From: Mageeibacillus sp. UBA1212
GTDB taxonomy: Bacteria; Bacillota; Clostridia; UBA1212
Direction of reading: 5' to 3'
NCBI GenBank assembly: GCA_002309655.1
Contig: DBXM01000016.1
Span: 72,771 to 136,770 of the forward strand
DNA length: 64,000 nucleotides
Shown: positions 1-8,824 of the stretch, piece after piece
How positions within the stretch are numbered: position 1 is the first letter of the stretch
Layout of the letters: the number at the start of each line of letters is the position of its first letter
The notes under the pieces: generated by a model
Databases searched by the model: none
What the model was told of the DNA's origin: nothing
Seen by the model: only the letters and a program-made list of their open reading frames with translations
Translations under genes and position numbers: made by a program

Positions 1-929
1 TTTTCGTCGTAGCCGATCTCGCCCGTGATTTCGATTCTGTGGCAGTCGGCGCGGTTTGTGATCGCTTTGATGCCGTTGGTGATCGCGCGCACAGAAAGGT
101 CCTCCGACCCTGAGACGTCGTATTTTACCGTCTCGTACCTGATCGCGTTGATCGGCACGAAGTCGGTGAGCAGCCTGCCGTCGTCGGTGATTTCGCCCAT
201 GACCACGCCTGTGTCGCCCGGTTCGTCGAAGCTTCTCGGGCAGAGCACGCCGCTGGAAACAACGGTGCCTTTTCGTGAATAAGAATGCGAGCTGCCGATC
301 GCGCAAAGGTCGAACCCGCACTCGTCAAGAACGTCCTTCGGTATCGGGTTGTAGTTCGACCTCGAGTCGTCGGTGACGACTGTTCCGTGCATAACGAGAA
401 CGTTAATAAAGCTCGGTGAAAGCCTGGGCGTCTTGCCGTCGCGGCTGATGAAAAGCGACTCCCTCGAAAAATGCCCCTCAAACGCGGCGCCGTAGAACCT
501 GATTCCGCGCCTTCCGGTCTCCCTTCCCGCGCTGAAAAGGTAGTCCCTGTCCGCCGCGCCGCGGATCTTGTCGTTGAACTCGACGAAAGTCACCTTTTTG
601 TCGGGAAAAATGAACACGTTCTGCGGCCAGTCGTAAATCTTGTACGGCGAGTCGACGGTCATCGGGTCGTGGTTCCCGGGCGCAATAATAACAGCCGTCC
701 TGTCAAGGGCGGCGAAGCTCGAGATCACGTAATTCACGGTCTCCGGGTCCGGGGAGCGCTTGTCGAAAAGGTCTCCCGGGACGAGAAGGTAGTCTATTGT
801 GTAGCGGCGGCACAGTTTCAGTGCCTCTTCGAAAGCGTGGCGCTGTTCACGTCTCCTGGCGTTGCAGTCGATCGCGAAGTCAGAGTCGAGATGCGCGTCG
901 CTCATTATCATAAACGAAATGTTCTTCAT
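1..929 (-). CDS. Calcineurin-like metallophosphoesterase, SbcD/YhaO-type DNA-repair exonuclease family. Partial: the C-terminus runs past the window start.
   Basis: Hand translation of the minus strand from the ATG at 929 gives MKNISFMIMSDAHLDSDFAIDCNARRREQRHAFEEALKLCRRYTIDYLLVPGDLFD..., with the phosphoesterase motifs D-x-H, GDxxD and GNHD. An AGGAA ribosome-binding site sits upstream. The frame stays open to the window edge. The track ORFs 125..481 and 471..971 are wrong-frame artefacts. Confidence 0.6.
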   Translation of the reverse strand, partial: MKNISFMIMSDAHLDSDFAIDCNARRREQRHAFEEALKLCRRYTIDYLLVPGDLFDKRSPDPETVNYVISSFAALDRTAVIIAPGNHDPMTVDSPYKIYDWPQNVFIFPDKKVTFVEFNDKIRGAADRDYLFSAGRETGRRGIRFYGAAFEGHFSRESLFISRDGKTPRLSPSFINVLVMHGTVVTDDSRSNYNPIPKDVLDECGFDLCAIGSSHSYSRKGTVVSSGVLCPRSFDEPGDTGVVMGEITDDGRLLTDFVPINAIRYETVKYDVSGSEDLSVRAITNGIKAITNRADCHRIEITGEIGYDE

Positions 930-1000
930 AATCTTTTGTACCTGTTCCTCCGCGGGACCGCGCGGGAATAGTCACCGTTCACGCGAACGGTCAATCTAAA

Positions 1001-1669
1001 CTATTTTGCGGCGTCTGATTCCGGGTCAACTTCCGTGTTCTCTTCCTGGTTTACTTCCGGGTTCTCTTCCGGGTTCTCTTCCTGCCCGGCTTTCGCGGCG
1101 TCCGCAAGAACCTTCCTGTACCCGATAAGGTAGAGAACCAGCGAGACGGCCACCGACAGAATGCACACGCCGATAAGGATGTTCGCGACCGTGCGCGGAA
1201 TCTTCGTGAATATGATAAGCGCCATGATAACGCCCTCCACGACCACCGTGTTGACCTTCCCGTACCACTTCGCGCTCTGCAGCTTGTCCGTCACCAGCTT
1301 CACCTTGAGGCCGGCGAAGAACATTATCGCCTCCCTGATCACGAAAACGACCACCAGCGCGATAATCAGCTTGTACCTCGGAATAAGGCAGATGAGAAGC
1401 GCTCCCTGCGTCAGCTTGTCCGCCACCGGATCGATAAAAATGCCGAATTCCGAGACCTGGTTAAACTTTCTGGCAACCCAGCCGTCGAGAATGTCCGTCA
1501 CCGCCGAGACGGCGATCAGAATGACTGTCACGGGAACGCTTTTCAGCCCCAGATAGGCCCAGATAATGAACGGAATCAGAGCTATCCTGAAAAAGCTCAT
1601 CATGTTCGGGACCGTGAAGACCTTGTCGACGCGTAATTTCTTTTTTTCTTGAGTATCGGGTGATTTCAT
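1001..1669 (-). CDS. pgsA: CDP-diacylglycerol--glycerol-3-phosphate 3-phosphatidyltransferase (CDP-alcohol phosphatidyltransferase family)
   Basis: 222 aa and multi-pass hydrophobic. It carries the CDP-alcohol phosphatidyltransferase motif DILDGWVARKFNQVSEFGIFIDPVADK. A GGAGAG ribosome-binding site sits 6 nt before the ATG. The acidic C-terminal tail (EENPEENPEVNQEENTE) is encoded by tandem 12-mers. Confidence 0.85.
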   Translation of the reverse strand: MKSPDTQEKKKLRVDKVFTVPNMMSFFRIALIPFIIWAYLGLKSVPVTVILIAVSAVTDILDGWVARKFNQVSEFGIFIDPVADKLTQGALLICLIPRYKLIIALVVVFVIREAIMFFAGLKVKLVTDKLQSAKWYGKVNTVVVEGVIMALIIFTKIPRTVANILIGVCILSVAVSLVLYLIGYRKVLADAAKAGQEENPEENPEVNQEENTEVDPESDAAK

Positions 1670-1863
1670 GCCTGACTCTCCTTCTGTTCGACGTGTATTA
1701 TATCACACGCGCACGCTTAAAAAAAGACTTAACAGAGCGAAAACTCGCATAAATTGCAAAAAAAAACGCCGCAACGCAGCGCCGTTCACGTTCATGCCGC
1801 ACATCATGTCGCACGTATGTTGCAATCTTGTCGCCCGCTTGTCGCGCCGAGCACTTTTCTCTA

Positions 1864-1892
1864 TTGATTCGCGCGCTCTAAAATGGTACAAT
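1864..1892 (+). promoter_or_regulatory. Sigma-A-type promoter (TTGATT-17-TACAAT) for the sugar-isomerase operon
   Basis: The -35 TTGATT at 1864-1869, a 17-nt spacer and the -10 TACAAT at 1887-1892 sit about 115 nt upstream of the ATG at 2010. Confidence 0.5.
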
Positions 1893-2009
1893 CGTGAATG
1901 AAATAAAGCGCCGTTCGGTTATATTAAAACGCCTCTTTTGAGGGGCGCCGCAGACCCCGGATATTTCCGGGAAAAGCACGCGAAAGACACGGACGGCCGG
2001 GAGGTTATT

Positions 2010-2861
2010 ATGAAACATTTCCACATCGGAGCGATGGCTGACAGCTTCAGGCTTCCTGTTCGCGAAGCGCTTCTGAAGGTTAAAGAAGTCGGAGCCGAGG
2101 GCTTTCAGATCTACGCCGTAAGAGGCGAATTCTCCGCCGAGAATCTCGACAAAAACGCCCGCAGCGAATTCAAAAAGTACGTCGACAGCCTCGGCCTTAA
2201 AATTTCCGCCCTCTGCGGAGATTTCGGACACGGTTATTACGACAGAGATTACAACAAGATCCTCGTCGAGAAATCGAAGAGAGTTCTCGAGCTTGCCGCC
2301 GACCTCGACACACACGTGGTCACGACTCATATCGGCGTCGTTCCCTCCGATCCGTCCCACCCCCGCTACCAGGTGATGCACGACGGCTGCCTGGAGCTCG
2401 CGCGCGCCGCCGACTATATCGGCGTGAAGTTCGCGGTCGAAACAGGTCCCGAGACATCGCTGGTTCTCAAGAACTTCCTCGACGGCCTGAACTCGAAAGG
2501 CGTCAGCGTCAACCTCGACCCGGCCAACCTCGTTATGGTCACCGGCGACGACCCGGTGCAGGCGGTCTACAACCTGCGCGAATACATCGTTCACACCCAC
2601 GCGAAGGACGGCGTTATGCTGAACAGATGCGACCCTGAGATTATTTACGGTTTGAGACCCGCTCCGGAAGGCGGCATTCCCGCCCCGTTCGCGGAGGTTC
2701 CGCTCGGCACCGGCAGCGTCGACTTCCCGAAGTATCTCGCGGCGCTTCACGACATCGGCTTTGACGGTTTTCTCACCATCGAGCGTGAAGTCGGCGAAGA
2801 CCCGGCAAAAGACATCGCGATGGCGGTCAACTTCCTTAAAGATACCGTCGAAGCGCTTTAA
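2010..2861 (+). CDS. Sugar phosphate isomerase/epimerase family protein (xylose-isomerase-like TIM barrel)
   Basis: Begins MKHFHIGAMADSF... with a GGGAGG ribosome-binding site 7 nt upstream. The track ORF starts earlier at 1938 without a ribosome-binding site. The sequence shows the typical AP-endonuclease-2/xylose-isomerase-like TIM-barrel composition, with metal-ligand-like H/D/E positions (HTHAKDG...IERE). Confidence 0.75.
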   Translation: MKHFHIGAMADSFRLPVREALLKVKEVGAEGFQIYAVRGEFSAENLDKNARSEFKKYVDSLGLKISALCGDFGHGYYDRDYNKILVEKSKRVLELAADLDTHVVTTHIGVVPSDPSHPRYQVMHDGCLELARAADYIGVKFAVETGPETSLVLKNFLDGLNSKGVSVNLDPANLVMVTGDDPVQAVYNLREYIVHTHAKDGVMLNRCDPEIIYGLRPAPEGGIPAPFAEVPLGTGSVDFPKYLAALHDIGFDGFLTIEREVGEDPAKDIAMAVNFLKDTVEAL

Positions 2862-2899
2862 ATTTTAGTATTTGAGAGCAAAACAGAAAGGCATCAACC

Positions 2900-3976
2900 A
2901 TGAACAAACTAAAAATCGGTATAGTCGGAAACGGTGGCATCGCCCAGTGCCACGCCGAAAGCTACAAGGCGGTGGCTGACAGAGCGGAAATTTATGCGCT
3001 CTGCGACATCAACTACGAGCGCGCCCTTGCGATGGCGGCAAGGCTCGGAATTCCCGGGGAGCGCGTCTTCAACGACGTTCACGAGATGGTCAAGCTTCCG
3101 GAACTCGACGCCGTCGACGTCTGCACCTGGAACAACGGCCACGCGGAGTGCTCCATCGCCGCCCTTAACGCCGGCAAGCACGTCCTCTGCGAAAAGCCCA
3201 TGGCCATGAACGCGAAACAGGCGGCCGCGATGAAGGAGGCCGCCGACAGAAACGGCAAGCACCTGCAGATCGGCTTCGTGAGACGTTTCGGCAACGACAT
3301 CGAAGTGCTCAAGAACCTCCGCGACGACGGCTTCTTCGGTGACATCTACTACGCGAAGGTCAACTACACGCGCCGCAACGGCTGCCCCGGCGGCTGGTTC
3401 TCCGACAGTTCACGTTCGGGCGGCGGTCCGCTCATCGACCTGGGCGTTCACGTCATCGACTTCTCCAGGTACCTCATGGGCAACCACAAGCCGGTCTCCG
3501 TCTACGGCGCCACGTTCAACATGCTCAAGAACCGGCCCGACATCAGGAAGGCGGGCGGCGGCTATATGTCGAGCGACGCCGCCAACAGCGAGATCTACGA
3601 CGTGGAAGACCTTGCGACGGGAATGATCCGCTTCGACAACGGCTCGGTCATCTCGATTGACGCGGCGTTCTCACTCAACCAGCGCGAAGACCGCGGCGAC
3701 ATGGAATTCTTCGGCACGAAGGGTGGCGCCAAGATCGGCAGCGGCGTCGAGCTGTTCTCTTCTATGAGCGGCTACATGACCAACGTCGAGCTCGCCTTCC
3801 CGACCGGCTTTGACTTCATGAAGTCCTTCAACGAAGAGATTTCCCACTTCATCGACTGCATAACCGTTCCCGGCACGAAGTGCATCGCACCCGCGGAGGA
3901 CGGCATCGCGCTGATGCAGATTCTCGACGGCCTCTACGAGTCGGCTCGCACCGGGCACGAAGTGATTCTGGCTTAA
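2900..3976 (+). CDS. Gfo/Idh/MocA-family NAD(P)-dependent oxidoreductase
   Basis: The N-terminal Rossmann motif IGIVGNGGIAQCHAESY and an EKPMA motif are present, with a C-terminal alpha/beta domain. A ribosome-binding site is present. It lies 38 nt after the upstream TIM-barrel gene. Confidence 0.85.
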   Translation: MNKLKIGIVGNGGIAQCHAESYKAVADRAEIYALCDINYERALAMAARLGIPGERVFNDVHEMVKLPELDAVDVCTWNNGHAECSIAALNAGKHVLCEKPMAMNAKQAAAMKEAADRNGKHLQIGFVRRFGNDIEVLKNLRDDGFFGDIYYAKVNYTRRNGCPGGWFSDSSRSGGGPLIDLGVHVIDFSRYLMGNHKPVSVYGATFNMLKNRPDIRKAGGGYMSSDAANSEIYDVEDLATGMIRFDNGSVISIDAAFSLNQREDRGDMEFFGTKGGAKIGSGVELFSSMSGYMTNVELAFPTGFDFMKSFNEEISHFIDCITVPGTKCIAPAEDGIALMQILDGLYESARTGHEVILA

Positions 3977-4063
3977 TATTCTTTAACCGCTCCGCTTTCC
4001 ACGTGAATGCCGGGGCGGTTTTTGCGTAATTCACGTTCATTTAATTTTATAACGGAGGGTAGA

Positions 4064-4918
4064 ATGAAAACTTCTGTCAACACTTACAGCTTCGCGCGGG
4101 TCCGCAAAAGCGATGGCACGCCCCTCAACGCGGTGGAAATGTGCGACCTTGCGAAAGAACTCGGCTTCGACGCGATCGAATTCGTGGGGCTCGACGTTCC
4201 CGGCAGCTTCAACATGACTCAAATCCAGTTCGCTTATTTTATTAGAGGCTACTGCGCCGCGAAGGGGCTCGGAATTTCCGCCTACACGGTCGGCGCCGAT
4301 TTTCTCGCCCCGGGAACGGTCGAACACTTAAAACGCGAACTCGACGTTGCCTTCGCGCTCGGCGCCCCGCTGATGCGCCACGACATCGCCTACGCCTGTC
4401 CGGAGGGCCGCACCTACTTCGATCTGATTCCCGAATTCGCCGAAAAAGTCACCGAAGTTACCGAATACGCCAAAACGCTCGGCGTCAGAACGTGCACAGA
4501 AAACCACGGCTACTTCTCGCAGGATTCCGACAGAATGACCGCTCTCGTGAAAGCCGTCAACAATCCCAACTTCGGGCTTTTGGTCGACTTCGGCAACTTC
4601 ATGTGCGCCGACCAGATTTCGGTCGAAGCCGTGAAGGAGACTGCTCCCTACGCGATCCACGTTCACGCGAAGGATTTCCACTACGTCCCGAAGGAGGAGT
4701 CTGTTAATCCTCCCGCAGGCTATTTCAACACCCGCGGCGGCAACCACATCTCCGGCTGCGCGCTTGGCGACGGCGTCGTGAACGTCCGCGAATGCGTGAA
4801 TATAATGAAAAAAGCCGGCTACAGCGGCTTCATCACTTTGGAATATGAAGGGCCGTTCGGCGACCCGGTTGAAGAGATCAGGCGCGGGCTCGCATTTTTG
4901 AATAGCTGCATCGCCTGA
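4064..4918 (+). CDS. Sugar phosphate isomerase/epimerase family protein (xylose-isomerase-like TIM barrel), second copy
   Basis: Begins MKTSVNTYSFARV... with a GGAGGG ribosome-binding site. It shows TIM-barrel hallmarks (AIEFVG, HVHAKDF, ITLEYEG). It is the third gene of the operon. Confidence 0.75.
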   Translation: MKTSVNTYSFARVRKSDGTPLNAVEMCDLAKELGFDAIEFVGLDVPGSFNMTQIQFAYFIRGYCAAKGLGISAYTVGADFLAPGTVEHLKRELDVAFALGAPLMRHDIAYACPEGRTYFDLIPEFAEKVTEVTEYAKTLGVRTCTENHGYFSQDSDRMTALVKAVNNPNFGLLVDFGNFMCADQISVEAVKETAPYAIHVHAKDFHYVPKEESVNPPAGYFNTRGGNHISGCALGDGVVNVRECVNIMKKAGYSGFITLEYEGPFGDPVEEIRRGLAFLNSCIA

Positions 4919-4947
4919 CTGTAATTTTAACCTAAATATAGGGAAAC

Positions 4948-4998
4948 GGCGGCGCCGGGCCACTTAGCGTGAACAGCCCGGTGCCGCCTTCCTTTTAT
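4948..4998. terminator. Bidirectional intrinsic terminator between the convergent sugar operon and recN
   Basis: The 13-bp GC-rich stem GGCGGCGCCGGGC / GCCCGGTGCCGCC has one mismatch and is followed by TTCCTTTTAT. Confidence 0.6.
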
Positions 4999-5011
4999 CC
5001 AAAACCAAAGG

Positions 5012-6745
5012 TCACCCTTCTCTTGCCGCCCTCTCGCGCATTCGCGCAATCAGCTCAATCGAATGCGCCCTTGTCACGCCCGTTGCGTCGCCGTCGCCGT
5101 CCAGCAGCCTTCCGACCTCGCGGATCTTGCCCTCCTCATCAAGCGTCTCGGCGTCGGTCCTGACAAAGTTGTCGCCGAACGTCTTGCTGATGAAAATGTT
5201 GTTGTCGCTGATGGCCGCAATCTGGGCCAGGTGCGATACGCAGATGACCTGGTGCGAACGGCTCACGCGCATGAATTTTCCCGCAACCGCGGCCGCTGCG
5301 GCGCCGCTGATTCCCGTGTCAATCTCGTCGAATATGAGGACCGGAATTCTGTCCGCCTCCGCGAGGCAGGACTTCATCGCCAGCATAATTCTCGAAAGCT
5401 CGCCTCCAGAAGCGATCCTCGCCAGCGGTCTCGGCAGTTCGCCGGGGTTGGTGCTGATCATAAACTCCGCGGTGTCGAGTCCGTTCTTGCCGAACTGCGG
5501 CAGTTCCCTGTCGTCGAAATCCAGGCGCGTCTCGAAAACAACCTTCCCCATCTCCATGTCTGCAAGGGCGTTCATTATTCCCGTTTTAAGCTTTTCAGCC
5601 GCCTTTTCTCGAAGCGCGTGCATCCTGAGAGCCGCTTTTTTCATCAGCTTCCTAAGTTCGCTCTGTCTGGCGTTCAGCCTCGCCGCGGTCTCCTCGGAGC
5701 CTTTCAGCTTCTCAAGCCTCTCCTCAGCGTCTTCCGCGAAGCGCTTGATTTCGTCGATCGAGTCGCCGTATTTCCGCTTCAAAGCATAAATCAGGTCGAG
5801 CCGCTCCGCCACGTATCCGGCCTCTTTTTCGTCGACGTTGACGCTGTCGAAGGCGTTCCTGATCATGTCGAGGGCGTCGTCCAGAATATACGAGCACTCC
5901 CTGAGCTTTTCGAGGCATTCCCCGAAGCTCTCCGAATACTTGCCGAGCCGCGTTATGTCCGTGATCGCGTTGTCGAGCATTCCCCTCGCGCCGCCGGCGT
6001 CACCGTACGAATCGCCTCCGCCCGCAATTGCTTCAACCGCTGAAGCCAGCCCTTTCGAAATATTTTCCGCGTTGTCGATTAGTTTCTGCCGCTCCTCAAG
6101 CTGCGTGTCCTCGCCGTCTTTTAAAGAGGCGGTAAAAATCTCGTCGGTCTGAAACATCAGCAAATCGATAAGCTGCGCGCGTTTCTGCGGGTCGCCGCTG
6201 ATCTCCTCAAGTTCGGATTCGTTGCGCCTGTACTCGGAAAGCAGCGCGGAATACACGTCCGAAGCCTCTGCAAGCTCCGGTCCCGCGAACGCGTCAAGAA
6301 GCCCGATATGCGTCGACGGCGAAAGCAGCGAGTGGTTGTCGTGCTGCCCGTGAACGTCCACAAGAAGCTCCCCGAGACGCCTGAGCGTGGAAAGCGTTAC
6401 GATTCTGTCGTTGATCCTGCATGTGCCGCGGCCGCTCAGGTTGCAGCTTCTGAAAAGAATAACGGTGCCGTCCGGTTCGGGTTCGATTCCGATTTCGACA
6501 AGCGTCGGGTCGATGCGCTCCGACTCCTCCTCGGAAAGCGTGAAAACGCCGGTAATCTGGGCCTCCTCGGCGCCCTGCCTGATGCTCTCGCGCGACATTC
6601 GCTCCCCCAAAAGGAAGCAGATCGAGTCGATGATTATCGACTTTCCCGCGCCTGTCTCGCCGGTAAGGCAGTTCATACCGGGGCCGAATCCGATGGTCAG
6701 GAAGTCGATTATAGCTGTGTTTCTGATGGTCAGTGAATCGAGCAT
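5012..6745 (-). CDS. recN: DNA repair protein RecN
   Basis: A Walker A motif GETGAGKSIIIDSICFLLG is present, with a long coiled-coil middle and a C-terminal SMC signature region. The ATG at 6745 has a GGAGG ribosome-binding site. The track ORF carries a 17-aa extension that I rejected. Confidence 0.9.
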   Translation of the reverse strand: MLDSLTIRNTAIIDFLTIGFGPGMNCLTGETGAGKSIIIDSICFLLGERMSRESIRQGAEEAQITGVFTLSEEESERIDPTLVEIGIEPEPDGTVILFRSCNLSGRGTCRINDRIVTLSTLRRLGELLVDVHGQHDNHSLLSPSTHIGLLDAFAGPELAEASDVYSALLSEYRRNESELEEISGDPQKRAQLIDLLMFQTDEIFTASLKDGEDTQLEERQKLIDNAENISKGLASAVEAIAGGGDSYGDAGGARGMLDNAITDITRLGKYSESFGECLEKLRECSYILDDALDMIRNAFDSVNVDEKEAGYVAERLDLIYALKRKYGDSIDEIKRFAEDAEERLEKLKGSEETAARLNARQSELRKLMKKAALRMHALREKAAEKLKTGIMNALADMEMGKVVFETRLDFDDRELPQFGKNGLDTAEFMISTNPGELPRPLARIASGGELSRIMLAMKSCLAEADRIPVLIFDEIDTGISGAAAAAVAGKFMRVSRSHQVICVSHLAQIAAISDNNIFISKTFGDNFVRTDAETLDEEGKIREVGRLLDGDGDATGVTRAHSIELIARMRERAAREG

Positions 6746-6746
6746 G

Positions 6747-7580
6747 TCAGCCTCCGTTTCCGGACTCGCCGAACAGTTTTTCGGCGACCGCCGCATAGAA
6801 GTTCGGTGGATCGATCCTGACGATTTTTACCTTTTTATCGGCACATTCGCACACTACGCGCTCGTCCTCGCGGAGCTTCGCCGAGGTCTGGCCGTCGACG
6901 ATAAGCCGCAGTTTTTTTGCCTTCCCGGCCGGAGTAACCTTCACCGTGCTGTCGTGGTGGGCGACGATCGTTCTGCTTCCCATTTTGTGCGAGCAGATTG
7001 GCGTGACGAGAATGACGTCGTTACCGGGCGCGATGATCGGGCCGCCGGCCGAGAGTGAATAAGCGGTTGAACCGGTCTGAGTCGCAACAATAATACCGTC
7101 GCACGGATAAGTCCCCACGAAAGCGCCGTTGATTTCAACGGAAAGATGGCACACGTTGGCGTCGACCTCCCTGGTCAGCACCGCGTCGTTGACCGCGTAC
7201 CCGAAAAATCTCTTCTGCCCCTCGGAAACCACGTAGGTCGCCAGCACGCTGCGCTCCTCGATCGAATACCTGCCGTCGCAGATGCGCGAAACCGTCTCCT
7301 CAATCGAATCCGGTTCAAACTCGGTCAAGAATCCTATCGTGCCCAGGTTGAAGCCGAACACGGGAATTTCCCTCTCCACGGCGCTCGAAGCCACCCTCAG
7401 GAACGTACCGTCTCCCCCGATCGAAATAATAAGGTCGCAGTCGGCGAAAACGTCGCCGCTCATGCTGTGCTTCCCCGCGGTAACGACTTCGACGCCGTGA
7501 GCCTCGAAAAGCTCCGACAGTCTGAAATAATACGCCGCGGCGTCCTGTTTCTTTTCGTTTACACAGATTCCCACTCTCAT
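6747..7580 (-). CDS. nadK: NAD(+) kinase
   Basis: The GGDGT motif (ISIGGDGTFL), NEFG-like GFNLGTIGFL and a DGIIVATQTGSTAYSLSAGGPI motif are present. The start MRVGICVN at 7580 has a GGAGGACGG ribosome-binding site. The stop lies 1 nt from the recN start, so the two are translationally coupled. Confidence 0.85.
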   Translation of the reverse strand: MRVGICVNEKKQDAAAYYFRLSELFEAHGVEVVTAGKHSMSGDVFADCDLIISIGGDGTFLRVASSAVEREIPVFGFNLGTIGFLTEFEPDSIEETVSRICDGRYSIEERSVLATYVVSEGQKRFFGYAVNDAVLTREVDANVCHLSVEINGAFVGTYPCDGIIVATQTGSTAYSLSAGGPIIAPGNDVILVTPICSHKMGSRTIVAHHDSTVKVTPAGKAKKLRLIVDGQTSAKLREDERVVCECADKKVKIVRIDPPNFYAAVAEKLFGESGNGG

Positions 7581-7647
7581 AAGAACCGTCCTCCGTCCGC
7601 ACGTATCCGCACATGTAAAAATGCGGTTCATGCTTTTTCACAGTTCT

Positions 7648-7675
7648 ATTCTACCACGCAAAAACAGTTTCGCAA
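7648..7675 (-). promoter_or_regulatory. Sigma-A-type promoter (TTGCGA-16-TAGAAT) for nadK-recN
   Basis: On the minus strand the -35 TTGCGA (plus coordinates 7670-7675) and the -10 TAGAAT (7648-7653) are separated by a 16-nt spacer, about 60 nt upstream of the nadK ATG. Confidence 0.45.
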
Positions 7676-7745
7676 GTTTTATTTTATTTTCCAATATTTT
7701 CCAAAAATAGCGGAAAATGCGGGAAATAAAACCCCTGAAAACTGT

Positions 7746-7788
7746 TAAAAAACCGCGCCCGTCGGTTCAAGATTAAAGCGGGCGCGGC
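7746..7788 (-). terminator. Intrinsic terminator downstream of the dCMP deaminase gene
   Basis: On the minus strand CCGCGCCCG...CGGGCGCGG forms a 9-bp GC stem followed by TTTTTTAAC. Confidence 0.6.
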
Positions 7789-7807
7789 GCCTTCCCCGGC
7801 CGGAACG

Positions 7808-8296
7808 TCAGTAACCGCGTTCCCCGGTCAGCGATTCGTCGTTGACTATCCACGACTCAACAGGTATCGCTCTGTATTCGTCGGCGGTGTCTCTTATATA
7901 GACCGTGCTGATGCCGGCGTTGATGATGAGCCGCTTGCACATCGAGCACGAGCAGGAATTGGCCACGTAGTCGCCGGTTCCCGCCTCGATTCCGGTCAGG
8001 TACATCGAAGCGCCCAGCATGTCTCTTCTGGCGGCAGAAATGATCGCGTTCGCCTCGGCGTGAACGCTTCTGCACAGCTCGTAGCGCTCACCGCGCGGAA
8101 TCTTGAGCTCCTGCCTGATGCACTTCCCGAGGTCACTGCAGTTCTGGCGGCCTCTCGGAGCGCCGACGTAGCCTGTAGATACAACCTCGTCGTTCTTGAC
8201 GATGACGGCGCCGTAATGTCTTCTCAGGCACGTGCCTCTCTTTGCGACGACCTCCGCGAGGTCGAGGTAGTAATTCACTTTATCGCGTCTGTCCAT
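7808..8296 (-). CDS. Deoxycytidylate (dCMP) deaminase, cytidine/deoxycytidylate deaminase zinc-binding family
   Basis: The HAEANAI motif and a C-x-x-C zinc motif (SCSMCKRLIINAG) are present, and the size matches ComEB-type dCMP deaminases. Confidence 0.8.
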   Translation of the reverse strand: MDRRDKVNYYLDLAEVVAKRGTCLRRHYGAVIVKNDEVVSTGYVGAPRGRQNCSDLGKCIRQELKIPRGERYELCRSVHAEANAIISAARRDMLGASMYLTGIEAGTGDYVANSCSCSMCKRLIINAGISTVYIRDTADEYRAIPVESWIVNDESLTGERGY

Positions 8297-8347
8297 AAAA
8301 TCTCCCTGTGAAATTTATTAAAATGTCCTCTTTCAAAAGCACTCAAA

Positions 8348-8824
8348 TCAGCTGTCCGCAAGATTCTTAAACGTAAACTCCGGCTTCCCGCCCGCAAACA
8401 CAATGACCAGATAGTCGCCGCGCGTAATAGTTCCCGGATTCAAAGCCGTAACGCCGAAATAAGTACCGCGCTCCTGGCAGTGGGTATGGCCGAAAAGCGC
8501 GTAGCCGCAGCCCTGCGCGTAAGCTTCTATGCAGATGTCCCTTATCCCGTTCCTGACGCCGTGGCGGTGGCCGTGAGCCAGAAAAAACTTCGCGTTTCCC
8601 GCCGCGGCAATCTGTTCGGAGACGTATTCACCGGACCAGCCGTAGTCGCAATTTCCCAGCACAGCCCTTGTCTCGCATGCGCCGTCGAATATGTAATCGC
8701 GCGCATGAATGAAGTCCCCGATGCCGTCGCCCAGGAACCACACAGCGTCAGGTTTTTCCTTTAAATAGGCTTTTTCGAGGAACAACTCAGAGCCGTGAAT
8801 GTCGGAGACAACAAGAATCTTCAT
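8348..8824 (-). CDS. YfcE/MJ0936-family metallophosphoesterase (phosphodiesterase)
   Basis: The motifs MKILVVSDIHG, GDGIGD, GNCD, AHGHRH and GHTH are characteristic of the MJ0936/Vps29-type calcineurin-like family. Confidence 0.8.
   Translation of the reverse strand: MKILVVSDIHGSELFLEKAYLKEKPDAVWFLGDGIGDFIHARDYIFDGACETRAVLGNCDYGWSGEYVSEQIAAAGNAKFFLAHGHRHGVRNGIRDICIEAYAQGCGYALFGHTHCQERGTYFGVTALNPGTITRGDYLVIVFAGGKPEFTFKNLADS

Noticed and set aside
125-971. Track ORFs 125..481 (minus) and 471..971 (plus) at the window start
   Set aside because: A different minus-strand frame starting at the ATG at 929 encodes a coherent metallophosphoesterase (MSDAHL / GDLFD / GNHD) with a ribosome-binding site, so these two are wrong-frame artefacts.
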